A stretch of DNA of 64,000 bases from an uncultured delta proteobacterium (GTDB taxonomy: Bacteria > Desulfobacterota > Binatia > UBA9968): assembly GCA_963804165.1 (NCBI GenBank), contig CAWDPO010000006.1, forward strand, positions 1-64,000, given 5' to 3'. Positions 63,850 through 64,000 of this stretch are shown piece after piece. A program made the translations under genes and the position numbers. The notes beneath the pieces are model-generated. The model made no database searches, was not told the DNA's origin, and worked only from the letters and a program-made list of their open reading frames with translations. Each line of letters opens with the position of its first letter. Within the stretch, counting starts at the first letter, position 1.

Positions 63850-64000
63850 ATGACCCTTGCCGCGTCGAATTCGGCTGCTTCTACGCCGGGTGAAACCAAT
63901 GCGAAGCGCAGGATCGCCGTTAGCCTGCGCGGATTGTGGAAAACTTATCCTGGCAACGCAAAACCGGCGGTCCAAAACTTGTCTCTTGAGATCTACGACG
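63850..64000 (+). CDS. N-terminus of a probable ABC transporter ATP-binding protein (partial)
   Basis: VSLRGLWKTYPG..PAVQNLSLEI. Confidence 0.6.
   Translation, partial: MTLAASNSAASTPGETNAKRRIAVSLRGLWKTYPGNAKPAVQNLSLEIYD

Noticed and set aside
1-64000. tRNA or rRNA genes
   Set aside because: None recognised by eye; a covariance-model search would be needed to exclude them.

Overview
This is GC-rich bacterial DNA; the gene content suggests an uncultured soil lineage such as Candidatus Binatia, which is an inference only. The left half (1-33415) is a head-to-tail, minus-strand array of at least 31 paralogous ABC_sub_bind (PF04392-like) substrate-binding protein (SBP) genes that runs off the left edge, with no adjacent permease or ATPase. 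A PemK/MazF toxin, a hicBA pair and one NMT1/SsuA-type SBP interrupt it. Most junctions carry a short 7-nt-period repeat just after the stop codon, and in many units its reverse complement encodes part of the next gene's N-terminus or signal peptide. The predicted stem-loop puts the RBS and start codon in the loop. Leaders and mature domains appear shuffled between units, one unit keeps only its two ends, and a terminator-containing leader precedes the array. Together this suggests an undescribed cassette-like receptor repertoire. The right half (33938-64000) holds ordinary metabolic genes (thiolase/DUF35, FKBPs, MFS, LLM oxidoreductase, sirtuin, desaturase, ring-cleavage cupins), two REP-associated tyrosine transposases with REP-like palindromes, and an M50-like protein lacking the catalytic Glu. 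Frameshifts also occur outside the array, so some pseudogene calls may be sequencing errors.
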